A stretch of DNA of 32,000 bases, taken from NCBI RefSeq assembly GCF_000014265.1, contig NC_008312.1, positions 2,340,001-2,372,000 on the forward strand, in the 5' to 3' direction. Positions within the stretch are counted from its first letter, which is position 1. Each line of letters opens with the position of its first letter. This document shows positions 16,901-24,140 of the stretch, in pieces. The stretch is from Trichodesmium erythraeum IMS101 (GTDB taxonomy: Bacteria > Cyanobacteriota > Cyanobacteriia > Cyanobacteriales > Microcoleaceae). The translations under genes were made by a program, and so were the position numbers. The notes beneath the pieces were generated by a model. It saw nothing but the letters and a program-made list of their open reading frames with translations. It was not told the DNA's origin and did no database searches.

Positions 16901-19255
16901 CTGGTGCGCACCCAAACAGACTTCCCCATGGACTGGGCAATGACTCAAAATAATCTCGGCAATGCCTACAGTGACAGAATAAGGGGAGACAAAGCCCAAA
17001 ATATTGAAGCCGCCATTGCTGCATGCCAACAAGCTTTGCTGGTGTACACCCAAACAGACTTCCCCATGGACTGGGCAGGAACTCAAAATAATCTCGGCAT
17101 TGCCTACAGTGACAGAATAAGGGGAGACAAAGCCGAAAATATTGAAGCCGCCATTGCTGCATTCCAACAAGCTTTGCTGGTGTGCACCCAAACTGACTTC
17201 CCCATCAACTGGGCAGCAACTCAAAATAATCTCGGCATTGCCTACAGAAACAGAATAAGGGGAGACAAAGCCCAAAATATTGAAGCTGCCATTGCTGCAT
17301 ACCAACAAGCTTTGCTGGTGCGCACCCAAACTGACTTCCCCATCGACTGGGCAATGACTCAAAATAATCTCGGCAATGCCTACAGTGACAGAATAAGGGG
17401 AGACAAAGCCCAAAATATTGAAGCCGCCATTGCTGCATACGAACAAGCTTTGCTGGTGCGCACCCTAGAAGCAGACCCCATCACCCATCTAAAAACCACC
17501 AGCAACCTAGGCGACCTATATTTCGACAACCAAAACTGGCAACTCGCCGCCGACAACTATAAAAAAGCCATAACCGCAGTGGAACTCACCCGCAGTTGGG
17601 CAACCACCGACGATCGCCGCCAGGAAATACTCAAAGAAAACATCAATATCTATAACAAAGCCATCCAAGCATACATACACCTAAAAAAGTTAGAACAAGC
17701 ACTAGAAATAGCCGAGCGCAGTCAAGCCCGAAACCTAGTCCAACTCCTCACCAACCGCGACTTAGTTCCTCAAGACAATGTACCCCCAGAAATAACCCAA
17801 CAACTTCAACAACAACAAAAAGAAATTCGCGTCAACAAAGGAGAACTAGAGAAAGTCAGAAAACAACTATCACAGCAAAACACACAAGAAAAAACATCAT
17901 TAGAAAAATCTGAGAAACAGCTAAACGAAGAATTACAGAAACTCAGACAGCAGTTAGAAAAAACATTTAATCAAATTCAGGAATACGACCCCACCTTCCG
18001 CCTGACCCAGGAAGTGCAACCAATAGCTTTTAGAGAAATTCAGCAACTTGCCACAGAACAGCAGACAGCAATTATTGAGTGGTATATTATGGGAGAAAAA
18101 TTCCTAGCATTTACCCTAGTTCCCCCAACCTCAACAGCAACATCAGAATTATTTATGTGGCAGTCTACCGAAGACGGCTTAAAAAATTTACAGGAGTGGG
18201 CACAAGAATATGTAGATAAATATTATGAACTTAAAATAGCACATCAAGAAAATCAGGAAAAAGCCAAAAAATTACAACAAGAATGGGAGACAAAAATAAC
18301 AACTCGCCTAGAAAAACTAGGAGAAATTTTACATATAAAAGAAATACTCCAACCCATCCTCGAAAGTGAATGTCAAAGACTGACCTTAATTCCCCATTCA
18401 TTCCTACATTTTCTCCCCCTTCATATCTTACCCATTAATAACCCAGAAAATAGTCAAGAAAACCCAGAAAAAAAATATCTCCAGGATTATTTTAACCAGG
18501 GAGTAAGCTATGCTCCAAGCTGCCAAATATTGCAAAAAGTTAGAGAACGAAACAACCAAGAATTTCAGAGTTTATTTGCCATTCAAACCCCCACCCCAGA
18601 TTTATACGGGCAAGACTTAGGCATTATTTCAATAATCAAAAAACAATTTAATAATGTGGAAATAATCCCAAAAAATCAAGCCACAAAATCAGCATTAATT
18701 AACGATTCCAAATTATCCCTTGCTAACTCGGTATTATTCTTCTGTCACGGAGTATTTGAACCTTTTTCTCCCCTAGATTCAGGATTAATATTAGCCGATG
18801 AAAAACTCACATTAGGAGATATTATTCAAAACCTAAATTTAAGCAAATGTCGCCTAGTAACCCTAGCCGCTTGCGAAACAGGATTAACAGATATCTTAAA
18901 TCAAGAATATGTAGGTTTACCCAGCGGTTTTCTCCTAGCAGGAAGTACAAATATTATTGCCAGTCTTTGGAGTGTGAGAGTTGATGCAACAGCGTTATTA
19001 ATGTTAAGATTATATCAAGAATTAAAAAAATATGATAATATAATAATAGCCTTAAAAATAGCCCAAAACTGGTTAAGAGATACAAAGGTGCAAGAATTGA
19101 AAGAGTGGGTCATAAAGTCCCCTCTAAAAATTATTTGGCAAGAAAAATTAGAAGAAACATTTACTAAAATGGAAAATCTAGAAGGAGTCAATTGTAAACC
19201 ATATAACTCACCTTATTTTTGGGCTGGTTTTTGTGTTGTCGGAAAAGGAGAATAA
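13916..19255 (+). CDS. membrane-anchored tetratricopeptide-repeat protein with a C-terminal CHAT (clan CD caspase-like) protease domain
   Basis: 1779 aa. There is an N-terminal hydrophobic segment (LLLIVFVGLPLAALMLIFP). The family-typical pre-repeat region is VVYPFLQQNLDKLDDNFADILRNWATANFSEV...EFPLGSKANNMEISIAGYEVVLKVF. It carries 22 TPR-like 46-aa repeats and a coiled-coil linker. The CHAT domain has a putative catalytic His in FFCHGVF (CAC at 18746-18748, His1611) and Cys in LAACETG (TGC at 18872-18874, Cys1653). Confidence 0.93.
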   Translation: MQQLLLIKKILFKLGRSFLQLLLIVFVGLPLAALMLIFPSLRRRLLPKTQNEIYDRLSSTVGTREKLPDQLLSQLDFLIQVLRVTAESNGDSKVVYPFLQQNLDKLDDNFADILRNWATANFSEVEADVAKSIAIDIIDFSYNIQEFPLGSKANNMEISIAGYEVVLKVFTYKSHREKWAMTQNNLGVAYSKRIRGDKAENIEAAIAAYQQALLVYTQTDFPINWAMTQYNLGIAYSDRIRGDKAENIEAAIAAYQQALLVYTQTDFPMDWAMTQNNLGIAYRNRIRGDKAENIEAAIAAYQQALLVRTQTDFPMDWAMTQNNLGIAYRDRIRGDKAQNIEAAIAAYQQALLVYTQTDFPMDWARTQNNLGIAYRDRIRGDKAQNIEAAIAAYQQALLVYTQTDFPINWAMTQYNLGIAYSDRIRGDKAENIEAAIAAYQQALLVYTQTDFPMDWAMTQNNLGIAYRDRIRGDKAQNIEAAIAAYQQALLVYTQTDFPMDWAMTQNNLGIAYRDRIRGDKAQNIEAAIAAYQQALLVYTQTDFPINWAMTQYNLGIAYSDRIRGDKAENIEAAIAAYQQALLVYTQTDFPMDWAMTQNNLGIAYRNRIRGDKAENIEAAIAAYQQALLVRTQTDFPMDWAMTQNNLGNAYRDRIRGDKAENIEAAIAAYQQALLVRTQTDFPMDWAMTQNNLGIAYSDRIRGDKAENIEAAIAAFQQALLVRTQTDFPINWATTQNNLGLAYSDRIRGDKAENIEAAIAAYQQALLVRTQTDFPMDWAMTQNNLGIAYSDRIRGDKAENIEAAIAAFQQALLVRTQTDFPINWATTQNNLGLAYSDRIRGDKAENIEAAIAAFQQALLVYTQTDFPMDWAMTQNNLGNAYRDRIRGDKAENIEAAIAACQQALLVYTQTDFPMDWAMTQNNLGIAYRNRIRGDKAENIEAAIAAYQQALLVRTQTDFPMDWAMTQNNLGNAYSDRIRGDKAQNIEAAIAACQQALLVRTQTDFPMDWAMTQNNLGNAYSDRIRGDKAQNIEAAIAACQQALLVYTQTDFPMDWAGTQNNLGIAYSDRIRGDKAENIEAAIAAFQQALLVCTQTDFPINWAATQNNLGIAYRNRIRGDKAQNIEAAIAAYQQALLVRTQTDFPIDWAMTQNNLGNAYSDRIRGDKAQNIEAAIAAYEQALLVRTLEADPITHLKTTSNLGDLYFDNQNWQLAADNYKKAITAVELTRSWATTDDRRQEILKENINIYNKAIQAYIHLKKLEQALEIAERSQARNLVQLLTNRDLVPQDNVPPEITQQLQQQQKEIRVNKGELEKVRKQLSQQNTQEKTSLEKSEKQLNEELQKLRQQLEKTFNQIQEYDPTFRLTQEVQPIAFREIQQLATEQQTAIIEWYIMGEKFLAFTLVPPTSTATSELFMWQSTEDGLKNLQEWAQEYVDKYYELKIAHQENQEKAKKLQQEWETKITTRLEKLGEILHIKEILQPILESECQRLTLIPHSFLHFLPLHILPINNPENSQENPEKKYLQDYFNQGVSYAPSCQILQKVRERNNQEFQSLFAIQTPTPDLYGQDLGIISIIKKQFNNVEIIPKNQATKSALINDSKLSLANSVLFFCHGVFEPFSPLDSGLILADEKLTLGDIIQNLNLSKCRLVTLAACETGLTDILNQEYVGLPSGFLLAGSTNIIASLWSVRVDATALLMLRLYQELKKYDNIIIALKIAQNWLRDTKVQELKEWVIKSPLKIIWQEKLEETFTKMENLEGVNCKPYNSPYFWAGFCVVGKGE
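14450..17485 (+). repeat. 22 tandem 138-bp (46-codon) coding repeats inside the TPR-CHAT gene
   Basis: The unit is WAxTQxNLGxAYxxRIRGDKAxNIEAAIAAxQQALLVxTQTDFPxx. I counted 22 copies in the translation. 35 of 46 positions are invariant, and only the tail of copy 22 diverges. Multi-unit blocks are duplicated; for example copies 12 and 14 are identical, and copies 13 and 15 differ at only two positions. Confidence 0.97.
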
Positions 19256-19258
19256 CCT

Positions 19259-19612
19259 ATGTATGAAGACTACTATACTATCAAAACATTTATTGACATA
19301 ATAAATGATCAAGCCATCCCCCCTGAAGAGTTTCCCAACTTATTAAATTTAGTCGAGCAAATGCCAGAAGATTCTGAAGAAATAGCCAATCAAATTGATG
19401 ATTGGTTAAGGGAAGAATCTCGGTTAGAAATTCAAGAAGCCTATAGAAATCAAGTGAAGAAATTACCAGAGATTGAGTGGAGAAAATTAGGTTTTGGCGG
19501 GGCAAAAGCTCCTCCGGGAAACGAAAATGAATCTACCAAAGAGTTAATACTTAATGCCATCAAAAAAAATACTCCTGAACCGAAACCAGAGGAAAACTCT
19601 GAAAAGAAATAA
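19259..19612 (+). CDS. hypothetical small acidic protein (117 aa), translationally coupled to the CHAT gene
   Basis: The ATG lies 3 nt after the CHAT stop (TAA at 19253-19255). AAGGAG at 19245-19250 is 8 nt upstream of the ATG. I recognise no domain. The N-terminal two thirds are acidic and the tail is Lys/Glu/Pro-rich. Confidence 0.6.
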   Translation: MYEDYYTIKTFIDIINDQAIPPEEFPNLLNLVEQMPEDSEEIANQIDDWLREESRLEIQEAYRNQVKKLPEIEWRKLGFGGAKAPPGNENESTKELILNAIKKNTPEPKPEENSEKK

Positions 19613-19628
19613 TCAACTTAAAGTTGGT

Positions 19629-20071
19629 AAATTGTAGTTGTAGGTTGGGCAGAAAACAGGAAAAACGAAACCCAAAGCCAATAATATCAATTGGAAAAAT
19701 CACAACTGCAAAATTTATATAAGAAAGAAATTATCAAATATTTGTAGGGGGGTTAACTGCAGTTAACTCCTCCTATAAAAAGCTGCAAAATTGTAGGTTG
19801 CGTTGCACAATGAAACCCAACAGCAATAATATTAATAACTATAGAAAAATGTAGATAGCAGCCAAAAAAATGTAAGTTAAATTGAAAAATCAAAACCCAA
19901 AAAAGTAATATTAATAGCCATAGAAAAATGTAGATAGCAGCCAAAAAAATGTAAGTTAAATTGAAAAATCAAAACCCAAAAAAGTAGTATTAATATCTAT
20001 AGAAAAACATATATAATAGCCATAAAATTGTAGGCTAGATTGAAAAATGAAACAAAATACTAAATCTAAAA
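19629..20071. repeat. degenerate tandem array of about 79-bp units, about 5-6 units; the last two full units are nearly identical
   Basis: GTAGATAGCAGCCAAAAAAATGTAAGTTAAATTGAAAAATCAAAACCCAAAAAAGTA.TATTAATA.C.ATAGAAAAA occurs at 19851 and 19930 (79-bp offset). Older copies carry TTGTAGGTTG(G/C)G...GAAACCCAA hairpin-like cores, at about 19636 and about 19790. Confidence 0.7.
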
Positions 20072-21457
20072 ATGAAAAACTTGACAATTAGCTTATTAGC
20101 ATTTCATCTATATTCTCCATTCCTAGAATCTTCAGAAACAAACGACCAGGAAGGCAAATTATTATGGGAAAACCTCACCCAACTCGGAGAAAAATCTCTA
20201 CCATTTTTAGGACTCAAATATTTACCCCATCAATTAATTTGCTACGACCAAAATGGCAACTACAACCTAGATTTTAAAACTCATGAAAATAACTGGTGGA
20301 TGAGCAGATCAAAGCAAACAATAGACCTAGGTGTAATTGAAATAGAAGAATGCAAAATAGCAGGTAATCTCCAGCCATTTATCCTCAACGACACCTACGC
20401 CGCCGACCTAACTCTCACACCTAAATTATCAGAAGAAAAACTAGATATTTCTCAACTAAAAAAATTCCCCATAAACAACCTATTACCCTCATCAATTCAA
20501 GCATCACTAGGAGAAACATTTTTAATTTATGGAGAAATAGACTCAGAAGTAAATCCCCAACAAATAGCCGATGAATGTGTAGAAAACTTATTCAATTCCG
20601 CCCAAATTGAACCTGTATTTCTCAGCCAAAGCAAATTATTTAATAGCTTACTATTTGAATACCAAGGAACAGAATTAAACCAAAATAATAACCAAAGTCA
20701 ACCATTCAAAATATTAGTCTTATTAAAAAATAGTCAAGCAGAAACATTAAAACTAGCAGAAAAATCCTATGAATGGATATTACAATTATTATGTTGTCGC
20801 CATAAAATCAATTTTATCTATCAAGAATCACGAAATCTCTACCCCAAAGCCCGAAAATCCTACGGCAAATTAGAAACACAAATGGAAAACTTCTCTAAAA
20901 TAATAGAAGACCCAAAAACCAGACTAGAATCTCTCAAAGAAATCCTCGAAAAAATACCAAAAGACTATCTATATTATTCCCGTTATGTGCGAGACCTAAA
21001 AACACATAAAACCGCCCTCGAAACAAACATCAAAAATTATGAAATCTGCCTAGAAAAAATTAAAAAAACTAGTGAAATCCCTCCATATTGGCAAGAATTT
21101 TTGAATAAAACCAGCCACATCCGTCACAGACAAATTGAAACCGATATTAACTATCTATCCCCTGGTCAGCAGTTATTTGAACAATTAGTAAACGCAATTA
21201 GAGGCATAGCAGAAACAGACCAATTAGAAAGCGATCGCCACTTAGAAAGAACCATTCAAATTATTGGTATAGGATTAGGAACAGGAGGAATTATTGCTTC
21301 TAGTACTGGTCATATTGATGTACCTCTAACCTTCAAATCTACCGGAAAAATAGAAACAATTCATCCTGTTATTTTGACTTTAATTTTAAGCATTTTAGCC
21401 ACCCTATTAGCAGGAGGAATAACCTGGCATCTTACCAAACCTAAAAACAAAAAATAA
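20072..21457 (+). CDS. hypothetical protein: soluble N-terminal domain, coiled-coil middle, two C-terminal TM helices
   Basis: 461-aa ORF. The coiled-coil-like region runs about aa 215-390. The hydrophobic segments are IQIIGIGLGTGGIIASS and IHPVILTLILSILATLLAGGITWHL, followed by a basic KPKNKK tail. No family recognised. Confidence 0.72.
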   Translation: MKNLTISLLAFHLYSPFLESSETNDQEGKLLWENLTQLGEKSLPFLGLKYLPHQLICYDQNGNYNLDFKTHENNWWMSRSKQTIDLGVIEIEECKIAGNLQPFILNDTYAADLTLTPKLSEEKLDISQLKKFPINNLLPSSIQASLGETFLIYGEIDSEVNPQQIADECVENLFNSAQIEPVFLSQSKLFNSLLFEYQGTELNQNNNQSQPFKILVLLKNSQAETLKLAEKSYEWILQLLCCRHKINFIYQESRNLYPKARKSYGKLETQMENFSKIIEDPKTRLESLKEILEKIPKDYLYYSRYVRDLKTHKTALETNIKNYEICLEKIKKTSEIPPYWQEFLNKTSHIRHRQIETDINYLSPGQQLFEQLVNAIRGIAETDQLESDRHLERTIQIIGIGLGTGGIIASSTGHIDVPLTFKSTGKIETIHPVILTLILSILATLLAGGITWHLTKPKNKK

Positions 21458-21465
21458 AATAATTA

Positions 21466-21500
21466 AATGGTAATATTTTATCAAAAAAAATATTACCATT
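21466..21500 (+). terminator. 14-bp perfect AT-rich hairpin immediately after the 461-aa gene
   Basis: AATGGTAATATTTT (21466-21479), loop atcaaaa, AAAATATTACCATT (21487-21500). It starts 9 nt after the stop codon. There is no U-tract after the stem, so terminator function is uncertain. Confidence 0.4.
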
Positions 21501-21895
21501 CAGTCCTCAGCTATTAGCTAATTATCTAGGCAAAATTGAGAGATAAATCAATTATCAAAACATTGATTTAATAGTAGATAAAAAATTATCAAAACCTCAT
21601 TTTTTTCAGTTAAAATACCAGTAATATTATGTTCGGATAATCAATAATTAAAAAACCTTCCCTCGTAAGTAAAATTCAACCTTTTTCCACCTCCCAAATT
21701 CAGCATAAGTAACTCATCTATTGGAAAGTATAAGTATTTAACCGGACATAATATACAGCATATTTCAGGCAAATTATCTACAAAGTAAATAGTAAAAATT
21801 ATGTATTGTAGGTATCTTCCCCAGGTAGTTTTAACTCATAAAAAAAGAAAGCACCGTAAGTTATTTCAGCTATAAAATAAAAAAAAATACCAAAA

Positions 21896-22381
21896 ATGAA
21901 AAAAACCATCATCGGTGTCATGGGTCCTGGCAATAGCGCCACTTCAACAGACCTAAAAAATGCCTATAAACTAGGTCAATTAATTGCTCAAGAATCTTGG
22001 GTATTATTGACAGGAGGGCGAAATATTGGAGTAATGGATGCTGCGAGTCGGGGAGCGAAATTTCTTAATGGTTTAACTATTGGAATTTTACCCGACAATA
22101 ATCTTCATAGTATTTCTGAGGCTGTAGATATTCCCATTATTACTGATATGGGAAATAGTCGTAATAATATTAATGTACTTTCTAGTGACGTTGTTATTGC
22201 CTGCGGAATGGGAGTAGGAACTGCTTCCGAAATTGCTTTAGCAATTAAGAATAATAAAAAAGTAATTTTGTTGAATAATAACTTAGAAAGTCAGGCTTTT
22301 TTTGTTGCCTTATCTCCTCAAACAGTTTTTGTTGTAAACACTCCAGAAGCCGTTATTGAAGTAGTTAAAAATTTGATTTGA
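21896..22381 (+). CDS. TIGR00725 / LOG-family (SLOG-fold, lysine-decarboxylase-like) protein
   Basis: 161 aa. The sequence IIGVMGPG...LLTGGRNIGVMDAASRGA...IACGMGVGTASEIALA matches the LOG-family GGxxGxM and (P)GGxGTxxE signature regions. Confidence 0.82.
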   Translation: MKKTIIGVMGPGNSATSTDLKNAYKLGQLIAQESWVLLTGGRNIGVMDAASRGAKFLNGLTIGILPDNNLHSISEAVDIPIITDMGNSRNNINVLSSDVVIACGMGVGTASEIALAIKNNKKVILLNNNLESQAFFVALSPQTVFVVNTPEAVIEVVKNLI

Positions 22382-22779
22382 GTAGTATTCTATCAATCTT
22401 TTCCTAAATGCAGATCGCAATTGAAACTACTGTAAGCGCAAACCATTAAAGCAAAATAACCGCTTACGGCGCTTTTCAAATTCATAAACCACATCCCCAT
22501 AACCAAAACCTTGTAGGGAACTTGCGTACATTATTTTTACTGTAGTCTATGAACATAAAAATTACTGTAAAAGCGTCTACAGGTTTTTACAGTAGACATT
22601 GGGAGATACCCCCGAACCCCGTTACTTTTATTATGTATTCTCAACAAGTGTTAGCACTCATAATATCAAGACAAGCTGAATAAAATATCAATCAATATAG
22701 ACAAATATCAGCTTATTTATAAGAGCTATTTTTGTTTTAACTATTATAGAGTAGTAAATTTTGTCAGAGCGAGCCATTA

Positions 22780-22805
22780 GAAAAGGAGCTTAGAAAACAA
22801 GCTCC
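22780..22805 (-). terminator. intrinsic terminator candidate for the PRC-barrel gene
   Basis: On the minus strand: GGAGCTT gttttct AAGCTCC (22805-22785) followed by TTTTCT. It lies about 115 nt downstream of the stop at 22918. Confidence 0.5.
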
Positions 22806-22917
22806 TAAAGATAAATAGGCAGATAAATTTTTTTCTTAAAACTAACCCTTAGTTGTCAGCAGTGACAAAAATTAACTGGCAAAACTTAGGCTAGCAGTAA
22901 CAGATCAAAACAGTAAC

Positions 22918-24054
22918 CTAATAATCTTCATATTCTGGGACCTTAGTTTTTTCAGGAATATTCACCCGTGGAGCCTGATAAGGTTTTGGAGCCTCATCAT
23001 CAGCCCAAGCATCTCTATCTATCTCCTCATCATATTCATACTCCGAAGTTGCTTTATATTCTTTCTTCTGATATCCATCCTCTTTCTTCTGATATCCATC
23101 CTCTTTCTTCTGATATCTATCCTGTTCATTATCATATCCAGTCTCTGAGTCACCCCAATTACCTTCTTCCTCATAGTAGTCATTATCAGCAGGTTCTACC
23201 CTTACCTGACGCGCTGATGGGGGAGCAACAGGCTCTGGCTCATAATAATTATCATAAACCGCTTCTTGTTCTCGCTGCCGGGGAGGAGGAGCCATTTCTT
23301 GTTCATAATACTTACGATAAACTGGTTCTGGTTCAATTACCCTACTTTCTACTGGCTCTGGTTCAACCCAGTTATCATCCCATGTCTCCTGAGTAGAGCG
23401 TCTGGCTGTACGAATAGGTTCACGAGACACTAACTGTCCTGGACCTAATTGGTTATCAGGATTTACAGTAGGAGGGTTATATAAACCTTCTTCCTCTTTT
23501 TGCCAAGGTGCTTCTGCTAGACCCAGACGTTCCAATACTCCTACTGTTAACTGTTGTAGTTTTTCTTCAGAACCTTCAAAAACAATTAGACGATTGGGCC
23601 CACTAGCAACAATTTCATCAATAGGCATTTCATAAGTGCTGATAATTTGGTCTGGAATTTGGGGTATACCAATGGAAGCGATAATCAATGACAAAACTTT
23701 ACCATCTCTTACATCACACTTGAAATCTCGAACCCTGCCTAAAAAATCACCATTTTCTGTCAAAACTTCACTATTTATCAACCCACTATAAGCTTCAGTA
23801 TCAATATCTTCCTCTATTACTTCTTCGTCATCTACTAATATCACATCACCTATTTCACAGACGTCCTTGAGAAACATAAACTTAGGTATTCCAGCAACTG
23901 CCAATATATTGTCCCGTAGCCCAATAGCTACTACTTCCCGTTTATCAACATCTACCCATAATTGACTTACTACTCCTAGGCGTTTACCTTTATCACGAGT
24001 AATTATTTGAGTTCCTAACAGTTCAGAGCGTTGGCGGTTTTTTTCAGATCTCAT
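22918..24054 (-). CDS. PRC-barrel domain protein with a long acidic, low-complexity C-terminal tail
   Basis: 378 aa. There are two PRC-barrel-like halves (LLGTQIITRDKGKRLGVVSQLWVDVDKREVVAIGL.. and LINSEVLTENGDFLGRVRDFKCDVRDGKVLSLII..). The tail is rich in E, P and Y. This family is conserved in cyanobacteria. Confidence 0.85.
   Translation of the reverse strand: MRSEKNRQRSELLGTQIITRDKGKRLGVVSQLWVDVDKREVVAIGLRDNILAVAGIPKFMFLKDVCEIGDVILVDDEEVIEEDIDTEAYSGLINSEVLTENGDFLGRVRDFKCDVRDGKVLSLIIASIGIPQIPDQIISTYEMPIDEIVASGPNRLIVFEGSEEKLQQLTVGVLERLGLAEAPWQKEEEGLYNPPTVNPDNQLGPGQLVSREPIRTARRSTQETWDDNWVEPEPVESRVIEPEPVYRKYYEQEMAPPPRQREQEAVYDNYYEPEPVAPPSARQVRVEPADNDYYEEEGNWGDSETGYDNEQDRYQKKEDGYQKKEDGYQKKEYKATSEYEYDEEIDRDAWADDEAPKPYQAPRVNIPEKTKVPEYEDY
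23060..23122 (-). repeat. 3 x 21-bp in-frame repeat encoding (Q)KKEDGY in the PRC-barrel tail
   Basis: tctttcttctgatatccatcc occurs three times on the plus strand, with one mismatch in the third copy. The protein reads YQKKEDGYQKKEDGYQKKEY. Confidence 0.9.
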
Positions 24055-24091
24055 TGTAATCTAATCCCGATTATTTTGATAATTAAATAAT

Positions 24092-24140
24092 AAGTTAAAA
24101 GTTAAAAGTCAAAAAGCAAAAATCAAAAGGCAAAAGTCAA
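24092..24140. repeat. 7 heptamers (AAGTTAA AAGTTAA AAGTCAA AAAGCAA AAATCAA AAGGCAA AAGTCAA)
   Basis: Read directly. It lies about 40 nt upstream of the PRC-barrel gene start (minus strand). This is a different heptamer family from the CCTAAAA arrays. Confidence 0.8.

Noticed and set aside
14414-17446. A 1010-aa antisense ORF plus six further antisense ORFs (14583-15092, 15135-15506, 15549-16058, 16101-16334, 16377-17162, 17205-17438) opposite the TPR repeats
   Set aside because: They exist only because the 138-bp unit happens to lack stops in the antisense frames and is repeated 22 times. The products are low-complexity Cys/Leu/Ser-rich strings with no family resemblance. The sense strand encodes a textbook TPR-CHAT protein.
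14450-17485. Diversity-generating retroelement (DGR) targeting as the source of the repeat-variable residues
   Set aside because: The substitutions involve all base types (GAA/CAA, TAC/CGC/TGC/TTC, ATT/AAT/CTT/GTT, ATG/ACA/AGA/GGA/GCA) rather than adenine-specific changes. No reverse transcriptase or template repeat is present in the window.
19290-19505. A 71-aa minus-strand ORF here, and a 63-aa minus-strand ORF at 19753-19944
   Set aside because: The first is antisense to the coupled 117-aa ORF. The second lies in the 79-bp tandem repeat and is a repeat-generated hydrophobic string. Neither has an RBS or a recognisable family.
20072-21457. A bacterial gasdermin or Csx30-like identity for the 461-aa protein
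   Set aside because: The size and architecture (C-terminal TM pair, long coiled coil) do not fit gasdermins, and I see no recognisable sequence similarity. I kept it only as a generic effector hypothesis.
22382-22917. Possible group II intron or tRNA remnant in the spacer after the LOG-family gene
   Set aside because: There is no GUGYG 5' end, no domain V-like sequence and no tRNA T-loop or cloverleaf. Only simple hairpins are present (GTAAGCG..CGCTTAC and GTCTACAG..ACAGTAGAC).
22968-23396. 142-aa plus-strand ORF opposite the PRC-barrel gene tail
   Set aside because: It is antisense to a low-complexity region that includes the 21-bp repeats. The product is a repetitive His/Pro/Ser/Leu string.
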